From Octopus bimaculoides (lineage: Eukaryota), in the NCBI RefSeq assembly GCF_001194135.2, contig NC_069000.1:9637785-9701784 (forward strand): a stretch of DNA of 64,000 bases, read 5' to 3'. The notes beneath the pieces are model-generated. The model was given only the letters and a program-made list of their open reading frames with translations, made no database searches and was not told the DNA's origin. How positions within the stretch are numbered: position 1 is the first letter of the stretch; each line of letters starts with the position of its first letter. The position numbers and the translations under genes were made by a program. Below, in pieces: positions 12,742 to 25,667 of the stretch.

Positions 12742-13673
12742 ATCTATCTCCCTACATACACACACATTGCTCTAAGCAGAACTGACATAACATTGTGTTT
12801 CACTTTAATGTCACAAATGTCTATGTTGTGTATTTTACAGTGGTTTTTATTAATTTCTATTTATTAAAGACAGTTTATGTTTTAAATCATTGGCAAAATA
12901 AAATGTGTAGGTGAGACATGGTCCCTTGCCCTACATCAGGCCTCCAAACTGTCCCTACCTATGCTAGTATAGAAAGCAGACATAAAATGATTATGATGAT
13001 GATGGTTTATCATTCTGTTTTACCATTTGTTTTCTCAGCTGTCACAAGTCCAAACACTGCAGTGATTGTAATAAATGTGTTGCTGAATTTGATCATCATT
13101 GTATTTGGCTTAATAACTGTGTTGGAAGAAGAAACTACAAGTAAGTGTTATAAATATATGTATGTGCACATGCGCATGCATACACACACACACACACACA
13201 CTGTTAAAATCCTTATTCTGGTGAAAGTTGCTTTTCATCTTTCCGGGTTGATAAAACAGGCAACATTAAGGTATTAATGTTGAGTTGATTGTTCCATTTC
13301 TACTTTAAAGATGTCTTTCCACCCAAGAGAAGTTTTATATAAGAATGTATATATGCATCTGTGTGTGCGTGTGTGTGTGTGTGTGTTCCTGTCTCTTTTC
13401 CTTGATATCTCATGATAGTTCTTTGTGTCACCACCATGCAGGCAGGATACTTCATGTCTAATCTTCCAAAATATATATGGTCGTGGGGAAATATCACTTT
13501 ACTTGTAATCAGGTGAGGGTTGGTGACAGGAAGAGCACCTGACTGTAGAAAATCTCTCAACAAATTCTGTCCAACACATGCGTGCATTGAATGATGATGG
13601 TTGTTGTTGATGATGATGATGTTGATGACATATATAAGTATATATGTATAGAAGCACATGAGTGGTGAAAAAG

Positions 13674-13709
<36 letters not shown>

Positions 13710-16700
13710 TTCGTATGTATATATGTCTATATATTAGTATATATTGCATATGGATGAGGATAAACAATATATGCATGCACACACATGTATGTGTGTGTGT
13801 GTGCATGCTTCATTGTAATAATTATAATAATAATAATAGACAATATTATCTCCATGAAGACAAGCCACAGATTTTGTGAAAACATACAGTCTGAATTACT
13901 TTTATCCATTTTCTCCATGGTACAAAACTTATAGTTGCCTAACTCGTAATTTTAACTTACACTTGTTTGCATTATGACAATCATAAAATTCTTGATAACA
14001 CTGTTTATCCTCTATTTCACTCCCTATACACATACGCACATGCACAGACACACATATACACACACATATGTACATGAAAGTTTACTTCTCTTTTTACCAG
14101 ATGGTTCTTTATGACTGTGTGTACAGCCTTAAGTGGTATACTCAGCATTTTTGTCATCAGTCTTCTGGAATTTATTTCATATTTCCAAGACCAGGAATCT
14201 GGCTATATCCTTGAACCATATCACAGTAAGTATTGTTATCATTTCTTATTAATTTAAATTAACTTTTGTTATTCTTTACTGGATAATGAGCAATATGCTA
14301 CAATATTGAATAAACTGTTTTCAAGGATGAGATGGTTAATTTGATATTTTTGTAGAAAGGTATTTGTCTCTGTGCATGTATGTGTTTTCATGGGAGTGGG
14401 GAGAGGACACACGCAAGGCTGAATGGTTAAGAAGTTCACTTCACAATTAGGAGGCCCTGGGTTCATTCCTACTGCATGGTACCTTGGGCAAATGTCTTCA
14501 AATATAACCTTGGATCATGTCCCAAAGCCAAGTGAAATTAGAGGTTCCATTGATCAACAGCTGGAATAATTGTCATTAAAACTGGAAGAGCTTTTAAGAA
14601 ATTAAATGTATATCTGTGACTGTAAAACCTTGTAAATGAAATTGGAGAGACAGAAACTATGTGCAAGCCCACATCAGATAGACCACCTGTAATTCAAAGA
14701 CCCACTTGTGTTACGTCGTCACATTAAATGTGGCTATATAATTATGTTAAGAGCACAAGTGCCTGTGGAAAACTTAGGAACATGTTCTTTGATATAATTA
14801 TCCTGTTGATCAAACAACGGAATAATTCATTCATCGAAATTGATAGGAGATCCATTCAAATTTACATGTCTTCGATCTTTTGCTGGGCTTTTGAACAAAA
14901 AACATTTGTAAACGCTGCTTATTGTAAAGCAGTAATACTAGCAACAGATATCTACAATGACCTATGCATTTTATAATCTGCTATACTATTTCATATCTCC
15001 CATACTAATACTATTTCATATCTCCCATATACTATTCCGTATCTCCCATATACTATTCCATATCTGCACATACTATTCTCCATCTACTATATATTAACCC
15101 ATATCTACATTGAATAAATGTAATTGTTTCCCTTTTTAGTATTGTCCCATTATTTTCTTCACCTTCCATATCTCACGTAAAACATGTATTCAGTCCTGCA
15201 TTGTTTTATTTTCTTTTCAACCACAAACCTTAAAAAAAATATTCTGAGATGACTAAAGTCTAGGAATCTCATCCAACTAACTGAAAAAAGGTCAATTCAT
15301 TTAATTTTCAAACAAGATAACTAACACATCTAATTAAGAAATCATTAATTCTAACATATTATTTATGTAGAAAATATATGGTAAAAAAACATAATGTATT
15401 ATTTTACTCTGCAGAACCGTTGAAGACCGAAAGTCCAGAAAATACAGGTAAGAAGCTTTTAATTATACAAATAATGAGGCAAAAAGACCGTCAATTTAAG
15501 AGGTCTCAAGGTTTTATATTTAAGCTTTGTTTCATTAGACAAGGCAGATTACTCTGTCAAACTAGGTATCACGCCTACTTCAGTGTTATGGGTAAGGTTG
15601 CAGTTGTTGACAAAAGGACTTCGACAATCCTAGATGACTGGTTGACTGGCCAAATGATTAATCAAACAATCAATTAATTGGTTAAATGGTTAACCAATTG
15701 ACAAATAAAAATTTAAAGAATGAAAAAGAAAAACAGTACATGTATTTATTATTGACATAATGACCCTACCAAGATACATCAAAGCATCTAGTTTAATTTG
15801 TCGTATTTTTACCTCTAATTTCCAACAAGATACCGCTCAAGCAAGTGGGAAAATGAGAATTAACTTTTATTGTTGTTGTTGCGTTACAGAACCTGTGAGC
15901 AGCTCACCTCTGACAGCTACTTCATTAATTGCTATCATAACCACACCCACCGCAACAGTTCTGCCTGTTGGCAAACCCAGTAAGTATTCTTTACTTACCT
16001 TTAATTCTTCAAATACTCTCTTTGTTTACATTTCTTTATGAAATTCCTTTTAGTTTTTAACTCTAATATTAACAATCTTTTTTTTTTTTTTCAATAAAAA
16101 AAAGTGAAAACTAAAATATTTACTAATGTTATGCATCAATCTATTTAACTGCATTAAACTAACAAGATGACCTGTACATGATCATTGAAACTCCTAGAAA
16201 TAACAGCTAAGTCTTCAAATATTCCCAGCAAAAGTGAACTATCAGACAATTAAATGCCTCTCTGTCTCTAATGTTTTGTTCTCTTCCTTTTACAGCTTTC
16301 TCCATCCTCACTTTCTCTGCCCCACATGAGTACTGGTTATTTTTGATGGGATTCACAGTCTTATTGACTTTTGTTGCTGCCTTACTACTGACGCATCTCC
16401 TGCTGTTTCATATATACCTTAGTAAGTGCAAATGCTATTTCTACTCTAATAATCATCATCATCATCATCATCATCGTTTAACGTCCGCTTTCCATGCTAG
16501 CATGGGTTGGACGATTTGACTGAGGACTGGTGAAACCGGATGGCAACACCAGGCTCCAATCTAATTTGGCAGAGTTTCTACAGCTGGATGCCCTTCCTAA
16601 TGCCAACCACTCAGAGAGTGTAGTGGGTGCTTTTACGTGTCACCCGCACGAAAACGGCCACGCTCGAAATGGTGTCTTTTATGTGCCACCCGCACATNNN

Positions 16701-17690
16701 NNNNNNNNNNNNNNNNNNNNNNNNNNNNNNNNNNNNNNNNNNNNNNNNNNNNNNNNNNNNNNNNNNNNNNNNNNNNNNNNNNNNNNNNNNNNNNNNNNNN
16801 NNNNNNNNNNNNNNNNNNNNNNNNNNNNNNNNNNNNNNNNNNNNNNNNNNNNNNNNNNNNNNNNNNNNNNNNNNNNNNNNNNNNNNNNNNNNNNNNNNNN
16901 NNNNNNNNNNNNNNNNNNNNNNNNNNNNNNNNNNNNNNNNNNNNNNNNNNNNNNNNNNNNNNNNNNNNNNNNNNNNNNNNNNNNNNNNNNNNNNNNNNNN
17001 NNNNNNNNNNNNNNNNNNNNNNNNNNNNNNNNNNNNNNNNNNNNNNNNNNNNNNNNNNNNNAGGTCTTCCTGGGCCTACCTCTTCCACGGGTTCCCTCAA
17101 CTGTTAGGGTGTGGCACTTTTTCACGCAGCTATCCTCATCCATTCTCACCACATGTCCATACCAGCGCAATCGTCTCTCTTGCACACCACAACTGATGCT
17201 TCTAATGTTCAGCTTTTCTCTCAAGATACTTACACTCTGACGGGTATTCACATTGACATTACACATCCAACGGAGCATACTGGCTTCATTCCTTGCGAGC
17301 TTACGTATGTCCTCAGCAGTTACAGCCCATGTTTCACTGCCATGTAGCATGGCTGTTCGTACGCATGCGTCATACAGTCTAATAATAATAATAATAATAA
17401 TAATAGCAGCATTATTATTTCTAATAATGATCCTTCTGTTAATGTTACTACTTGTATCAAAAGAGATAAGTATTAACAGTTTCACATGCATGCACATGCA
17501 TGCACGCGCACACACACACACCACTGAAATATTTCAAACTCACCTCACCAATGAGTACAGTTAATGCTAGTCAATTGCACAAAACTTTAAGGTATGAGGA
17601 AGTAATCCAGTTTACTGATGTACAATTATAAGAGACTCTACACACTTCTAACACAGGTGTGTGTCAAGCAGTTTTTGGCACACAAACACA

Positions 17691-17733
<43 letters not shown>

Positions 17734-17743
17734 NNNNNNNNNN

Positions 17744-17788
<45 letters not shown>

Positions 17789-20700
17789 CCTTACTGGTTT
17801 CAGTCATTAAGCTGTAGCCATGCTTGTGCAACTTCAAGGGGTTTTTTTGTACATCATAATGCCCTTGGTCTGATGAATGGGACCAACTGTTTTTCCATAC
17901 ATCTAGCCCCAAATTATGACATTACCACCGTAATATTTAACATTCTGATTCCTGCACTTTTAGATGAAATTCACTTCCTATTCCCTTATAATTTTAGGCA
18001 TACACTCAGCTGTCAGATCTGAAAAACTTTAATTCCGCTCATCTTGCTACAAAACTTTTGCCCAGTCTTGCAATAGCCAATTTTGTGGATACATCAGGTT
18101 TACAGAGAAATGTGTTTTTTTATAGATATTAACATCATAAGAATTTATAAACTTTTGAGAGAGCATGAAATAATTATTTTGGGGGACTGGAGCATGAAGC
18201 ACATATAAAGCTTTAAATAACAGCATGTAAATGTTCAGCAGCATTCAGCTTTTTCTGTCCATAAAGCTTTTTCAGCCCAATATTTACACGCTGTTATTTT
18301 TTATAGCTCTATATGTGCTTCGAGATACGGTTCCAAAAAAAAGGAATAATTAAGTTTTGATGTGATGATGCGATGCCATAGAAAGAATGTTTTCTTTGTT
18401 GAATCTGTTTTGTTTAATCTCATTGATATTTTGTATTCATAGCCTATAAGAATCTGACAACATTTGAAGTCATTCAGAAAGCAAGGCAGGAAAAAGAAGA
18501 AGAAGCTGCATTAGAAATGAAAAAATCTACTGCAGCCAAGACTTCTCCATTTGGCAATATTTCTAAGAAGGTTTGTAAGAATTTCTACTGAAAATTTTGA
18601 ATTTTTACTGATTTTTGTCTTTGTTTTTACTGTGTCATTGTAAAAGTAAGCTCCTAGTTGAATTACATGTTTAACAATGTTGAACCCAAGTGTCAGCCAT
18701 TTTTTTTTCATTTACATTTTTAATGCTTTCTAGAAAGACATGAAGAATTACACAATCTCATTTCTGTTTTCTTACAATAGTGAAACTATGTATTAAAAAC
18801 CAGCATTTTGTCAAAGAGACGGTAAAGGTAGCTGAACATCATCAATATCTATTTAGTTTCCTTCCTGAATTTAACTAGGTAACATTTTTAAGCTTATGGG
18901 TGCAACCGAAAATTTAATTGTTTCTGAGAATTTTATGATTTTTATTATTCAATGGTTTTCGGTCTTGTGCCTATATTAGAAGCAATTCTTGTGCCTATAT
19001 TAGAAGCAATTCTTTTCTCTGACTTCATTACTTTTACAAGCTATCACCCAGGTTATAATTTTGCATTGGCTTGCTTGTTTCATTCATGGATTTTGTTGAA
19101 ACAGTTAACCATGTTGATGCTTGATGATTCTCCTCTTGTAATCTTAAGAGGTGTGAAACATGATTTGTCATCAAAGTTTCTGATTTCCATACCTATCATA
19201 ATTCTGCTATGAATGCAATTGTGACAGGGTACAATTTGAGACATTAAATGACCAAACTGCAATATTTAACATCCAATAAATTAAACGTACTAAGTTAGAA
19301 TGACACTTCTCACTTTTAATCACTTTAGTACATATTTTATGAAAGACTGAGCTGACATTAGTAGGATTTTTTCCCTTTAGTATCTAAACCAGTAATAAAA
19401 TTAAATTTGAGTAAAATTAAATTCAGATCAATATTAATATTGCATATAACTGCACACAACTCTCCTTACCAACTAAGCTACTTTCATTGTAATAATAATT
19501 TAATAATCTTTCATATAGCCACACTCAAATTTCAGGGATGGGTATCGTTAAATCAACTCAATACTTGACTAATACCTTATTTAGTCACCTAATATAAAGG
19601 GAAATTAATAATGTATTCATATATTTGTGTATAGGAAATATATATTAGCAACAGCGGGAGTATTAGTACCAAGAGGTAATATTCATCCCTACTTAAACCT
19701 GGACCTTCTGTTAGAACAAATATACTGTGGTAGTTACCATGAAAGAAATCCTCATATTGGCTTTTGGTGCAAAATGCACTCTTTGTGTGTGTTTATACAT
19801 ACATTTTATTCCAGGCATTAAATTAGATTTGTGTATATTGTTCATAAATGTATTTCAAACACTTCAATATATTTGCTTATGTCATTTATACATATTTTTT
19901 AATGCTAAATATATTTAGATATTTATGTTTTTTATACATGTATTTTTCTTCCAAACTTCAAGAATTTATACTGAAAATTGGTATTGTTATATTTTTCAGC
20001 TAAATAAAGTTGTGCCTGTTTCTGGGCGGAAAGGGTTAGTTGGAATGTTTTGTTTTTGTTTGTTTGTTGTTACTTTATTATCATTTTTTTTATATTGTTC
20101 ACCTGTTTATATATATATATATATCAGTAGATATTTATTATTTACATATTTGCTAGAAATCCTTGGTGTGGTTAAACTCATTCACTAAAATACTTTTATA
20201 CATTGTAATAACATATTATTTCTGTTCTTTACTACTAACTTAACTTCTATCCTTCACTACTAACTTAGCAATTTCTTAATTAGATTTACAGTGTTACTTT
20301 AAATAGCAATTTCTTAATTAGGTTTAGAGCTTGATTTAGACATAATATAATGCAGCATCTCACCCATTAATAGCCATTATTCTCACTTCCTATCAAATCA
20401 GTACTGTCTATTACATTATTATTCCCTAAGAGATTTCATACAAGAGTTCAATAATATAATTGCTATGGGGAGTAAAGGATTGAATGCATCAGGCTTTTGT
20501 CCTTCATTTGGAAGTTAGGAAGATAAAGGAAGGGTTATTGCTTTGATCAGAAACTGGAAAATAATTTCTTTTCCAAAGAAACATTAAAAGCAGAATGGTT
20601 GATCAGATATGCTAGTGGCTTGCCAGATTAAAGGTCTTTAGTTCAAACTTACTGCTTGTATGCATTTCTGTGTGGACGTCTACATCCTGTGTCCTTGCGT

Positions 20701-21529
20701 ACAAAGCATTGAGCAAAAATTGGTGATGCTTGTCAACATTTCCTTCCTAACAAATCAGCTTGTAGTTCTGTGTTTCTGAAGATGAGTAGAATTTTTGTTT
20801 AGAATCCATTATTTCATAAGCGAGTAAGGGTTAGCAACAGGAAGAGTATATGTACTGAGGTTAAAAACAACACCACAGTATATATTCATCTAACCCATAC
20901 AAGCATGGAAAAAAAAGATGTGAAACAAATTTCATAATGTAATAGACAGTACACTTTACTCTATGCCCACCTTTTCATTTAGCAGTTAGGAATAGGTACT
21001 TGGTCTTTTAGGAATATTAATTAAGATAGGCATTAGGAAGGGCATCCAGCTGTAGAAACATTGCCAAATCAGATTGGAGCATAGTGCAGCTGCTGGCTTT
21101 CCAGACCTCAGTCAAACTGTTCAACCCATGCCAGCATGGAAAATGGACGTTAAATGATGATGATGATGATGATGATGATGATAGTTTGGCACCTTACTCA
21201 AAGGTGATTTATCTTCCACATACTCAATAGCACAAAATTATCACTAACCACAAGTCCTTAAAGGCTGTGTGTACAACAACGTTGGTGATGATAGCACAGT
21301 CAGACTGAACAGTCAGCTAATATGGCAGGCCTACAACTTTATCACTTATCCAGCTAAGGTTCTCTATTAAAAGGTACCTACAGTTTAGTATTTTCCTTCT
21401 ACCGTTACTTATAATGATAATGATAAACACTTCTTCCTATATTCTTCATAAAATCCTACAATCACTTCATGTTTTTAAGAACTTTATAATTTTTCAATTT
21501 AATTTTCTAATAATACTGTCAATTTTACA

Positions 21530-21572
<43 letters not shown>

Positions 21573-21656
21573 TAGTCTTATTTTTATCATGTGCTTTCAC
21601 TGCATGTGACAAAAATATTATTATTATCATTATTATCATTATTATTATTATTATTA

Positions 21657-21720
<64 letters not shown>

Positions 21721-21749
21721 CATTATTATTATTATTATTATTATTATCA

Positions 21750-21780
<31 letters not shown>

Positions 21781-21806
21781 TATTATTATCATCATTATTA
21801 TTATTA

Positions 21807-21849
<43 letters not shown>

Positions 21850-24800
21850 CGTTGTTGTTGCATGAGTAAAGTTGCATGAGTTATTGATGTTGTTCATGTC
21901 GTTGGGTTGCTTGAGTTACTTCATGATACAAGGGAAACTATTGGGTTGTTTTGTTTATGCAAAATTGTTGATAAAACTCTCCTGTAATAGTTTTAGTTTA
22001 GTATATTAATAGAAACTAATTTTACTGACAAGTAGAGGAAAATACTAAATCACACGCAGAATGATTAAACAACACAACTGCATGACAATAAACAGCTCAG
22101 TAATTATATTGCCTTTTAGAAAGTGTCCACCAGTTTAATCAATATCTATTTCTCAGTTGCATGAATTGTTGTGTTATTGTTGGCTAGACCCAATCAGTTC
22201 CAAGTAGGAAGACCTACAGCACAGAGGAAGTTGATCAAATGCCTAGAAGCAACCCACGGAATCAAAGATCCTGGACATTTGATATTAACTATCTAATGTG
22301 TTGATTTTGGTTGAACTTTGATATTTATTTGATCATCTGTCTAACTATAACCATATTGCGAAGCATGCTGACCTTAAATATAGGATATAAAGCATGACTA
22401 ATCATATTCAAGATAATAGGAAGTTTTAGGAAGAAGTGTCAGCTGCTTTATTGAGCAGATCAGGTTATTCCACAGAAGCTCTTTCAATGATTCCATTTGT
22501 ATGAGCTTTTTGGAAAACTACCCTTTTGATATACTTCTGCGATATAGTCATTGAACCTTACAATAGAATTGTTAGGGTAAGGTAGGTCTTGCTCACTCTC
22601 ATTTTAGTGTTTGTGACCCTTTTTAAATTTAAATTTTTGACCACAGGGTCAGTTATCTAGTACCATAGTTATTCAATATAATATGTATATGGCTCTGTAT
22701 CAAACATGCTATGCATCAGTAAGTTATCAGTGAATAAGCTAGGCATTCCAGTTTCACTTCCCATTAGAAGCAACTTAAATTACATTTGTAATGACTTTGG
22801 GAAAATATATATGCCACAACTTTCCCTCTCTCCTTTGTTATCTTCAAAATTTGACATGACAACATCAAGATTATTAGTTGTAAAAACAGTCATAGCTTTA
22901 GCTCTCACTGACTTTTATTGTTCAACAAAGCTAAAGGTTATTTGAAGAAAATGTTTTGTGGAAACAATAGCTGTGTTAACAATAAATGGCTACTGTTCTA
23001 TCATGCTTTTGATGGGCACATTAGCATAATAGGTTGAAATGTTAAAACTCCACAAAACATTAAAGATGGCTGCTTAATAAGCCTAGAAGATATCTAGAGT
23101 ATATTGTTATGGAATAACTCTTCTAACTAATATAGAAAATATGTAACAAAGCATTTGGAAATGACTCACAAATTGCTGATATTATGTTCAATTTGTAGGT
23201 CATCACCATGACAGTTAGGTTCTAACATGTGAGCTGGACTCTTAAGAGTGACCATAGAGCAAAATCTAAAGGCATAAGTTCAAGTATATTCTATTTCTTA
23301 AGATTCAGTGAGAGCTGATAAAGGAAATTTATCAGATTCATTTAATTTCTCTTCATTTCAAATCCAGTCTGTCTTTGTGGACTGTATTCTTGTGTGAACT
23401 ATTGATTAAGAGGTATGTTTGATCTTGTCATAGGACAAATGGTCAAATTGATTGGTTGGTTGAAACATTTGAATCAGCTGATGAACTATTTGAAGGTTGA
23501 AATTTGTTGCAAGGGCTTTTCTTGGATAGAATATGATTATGTTATACTATTTATTTGCAAGGGAAACAGATGAGCTTGAAATGAAAAGAGTATGAAATGA
23601 AGTTGAACTAATTTCTAAAGAAGGTAGAGATGTCTTTGCTCTTTTATATCCATTGAAGATTAGTCTGAGTCTTGTTTATAGCAAGAGCTCTTTGCAAGAA
23701 ATGAGAAATAGTCAGAATTCTGACTGGATATTACGTTCGTATAAAGGCTTGAAGAGAAATAGTAAAAAGAAATTTCAGTTAGGTTTAAGAAGATAAATTT
23801 GTAAAAGTGTTGACAGAATTTTAATTGAAATGAGAACAGAATGAGGTTAGACAAATTTGCTAACAACAATTTGTCCTGTGCTTTTTTTTTTTAATAAATG
23901 TGCAGTTGCAGGCATCACTTTATAGTAGCTACAGTTATGAACCAGGCTGGCAACTGGCAATGTTGTGTAGTAATAGAATATGACTTTTCTAACCACACAC
24001 CCTATTGTTAGCATACTAATAGGTTTTCCAGTGTTTGTAGCTGATGGCAACATCTGAGTATTGGTTGCTAACTGTATTGTTACTGCGTTTATCATTTCAC
24101 TGTCCTTCACTACTGGTAAAGGTATTAAATGCCTTTTACTGTACAGCTAATCTATCTGTAAACCATGTTATCAGTGAGTTAATGGTTTCAGATTAACAGT
24201 CTACAGCTGCCAGCAGCAGTGTGTAAGGGCTACTACTTATGAATAACCTAGTTTACTGTAAACCCTGTTGTCAAAGAGTTAATGGTTCCAGTCTCCTGCT
24301 GCAGAGGAATTGTGTCAGGGCTACATTTACTAGATAAATGTAAATCTTGTTGTCAAATGAGCTGAAGTTGCATGAGCAGGCCAAATTATACAGACAAATT
24401 TGGACCTAATATCTTTTGTGTAAATTTTACGTGAATGATATATTGTGCTAACAGCTACTGTAGGCATGAAAGAAATTACTTTATTTGTAATTTTATTTCT
24501 TGTTATTTTTATAAATATTAAGATTTAAATTTTTTTTTCATTTGACTTGGTTTTGCTAGTTATATTGAATGATCAGCAATAAATGCTTGCTTCTCCTTTT
24601 TTTTTTTTATCTTTATCTTTCTCCTATGTTCCAACATTTCATATGAAATATCTGGGGATAATGCTTAGCGAGAGATTAATTAAGTGTGACATAATGAAGC
24701 TAAAAGATTTAGAAGTAGGCAAATAGAAAATTTTTTTATTGTTTGTTAACAATATATTGTGGAAAATGTAGATCTCCAGGTGCTTCTTACATGCTGCCAG

Positions 24801-25629
24801 CACAAGTGCATTTTATCTGGCACTGGCACCTGTAAAGGATAAGCCTCTGTGCATGGGCGACAGTGATTTTACTTAGTTTTATGTGTCTTCTCAAGCACAG
24901 CAAATCACCACAGAAGCCTGGAAAGAAATAGTAACAAGGTATTGTAGACAAAAGATTTCTGCTATAAAGGGAAACAGAGAAGCTAAAGAAAGAATGGCAT
25001 TTTCATTAATGGTTTTGTCCAAAGGGGGTTTGAGGTTACTGTAACATAAGGGACTACAAAAAAAGGAAAAGAAGGGACCTACAAATTCATGAGATTTTGA
25101 TTGTCAGAAAGCTTAAAGGATTGAATATCAATGACCAGATGCAAACAAGCTGATGTTAATGAGTTCCAGAAAGCAGCAGTTCAAGGAAAGAAGCTATTAG
25201 AATAAAAGAAAAGAAAAAACATTCTTATAGCTACAATTATTACTAGTATATTATTATTACTATTACAACTACTACCACCATCTCCACATGTCTATTGTTG
25301 CTTATACTGAGATTGGTGATCATCAATATCAAGTCAATATGTTCAAATCCACTTTCTGCATTCAATGATATTGAGGTTGTGTGGAAATAAATGAGATTTC
25401 TCGTTTAATATCAAAGAACAGTGATTAATTGGGGGGTGGGGGAAGATATTAAAAAGGGATGGAGTAAGATACAGGGGAAATGATAATTGTTTAGCAAGGT
25501 ATTTGAATAACATTAGCTGAGCTAAACTGTTCAAGATAAGCAGACAGTTTTACTGTAAGAAATATAGTTGAATTACATTGTCAATATTTACTCTGTCTGA
25601 AATACACACACAGACAGACATGCACGCAT

Positions 25630-25667
<38 letters not shown>

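Noticed and set aside
22250-23300. Possible Penelope/LINE relic in ZDHHC intron 9
   Set aside because: Only vague motif resemblance on both strands; no ordered set of RT motifs.
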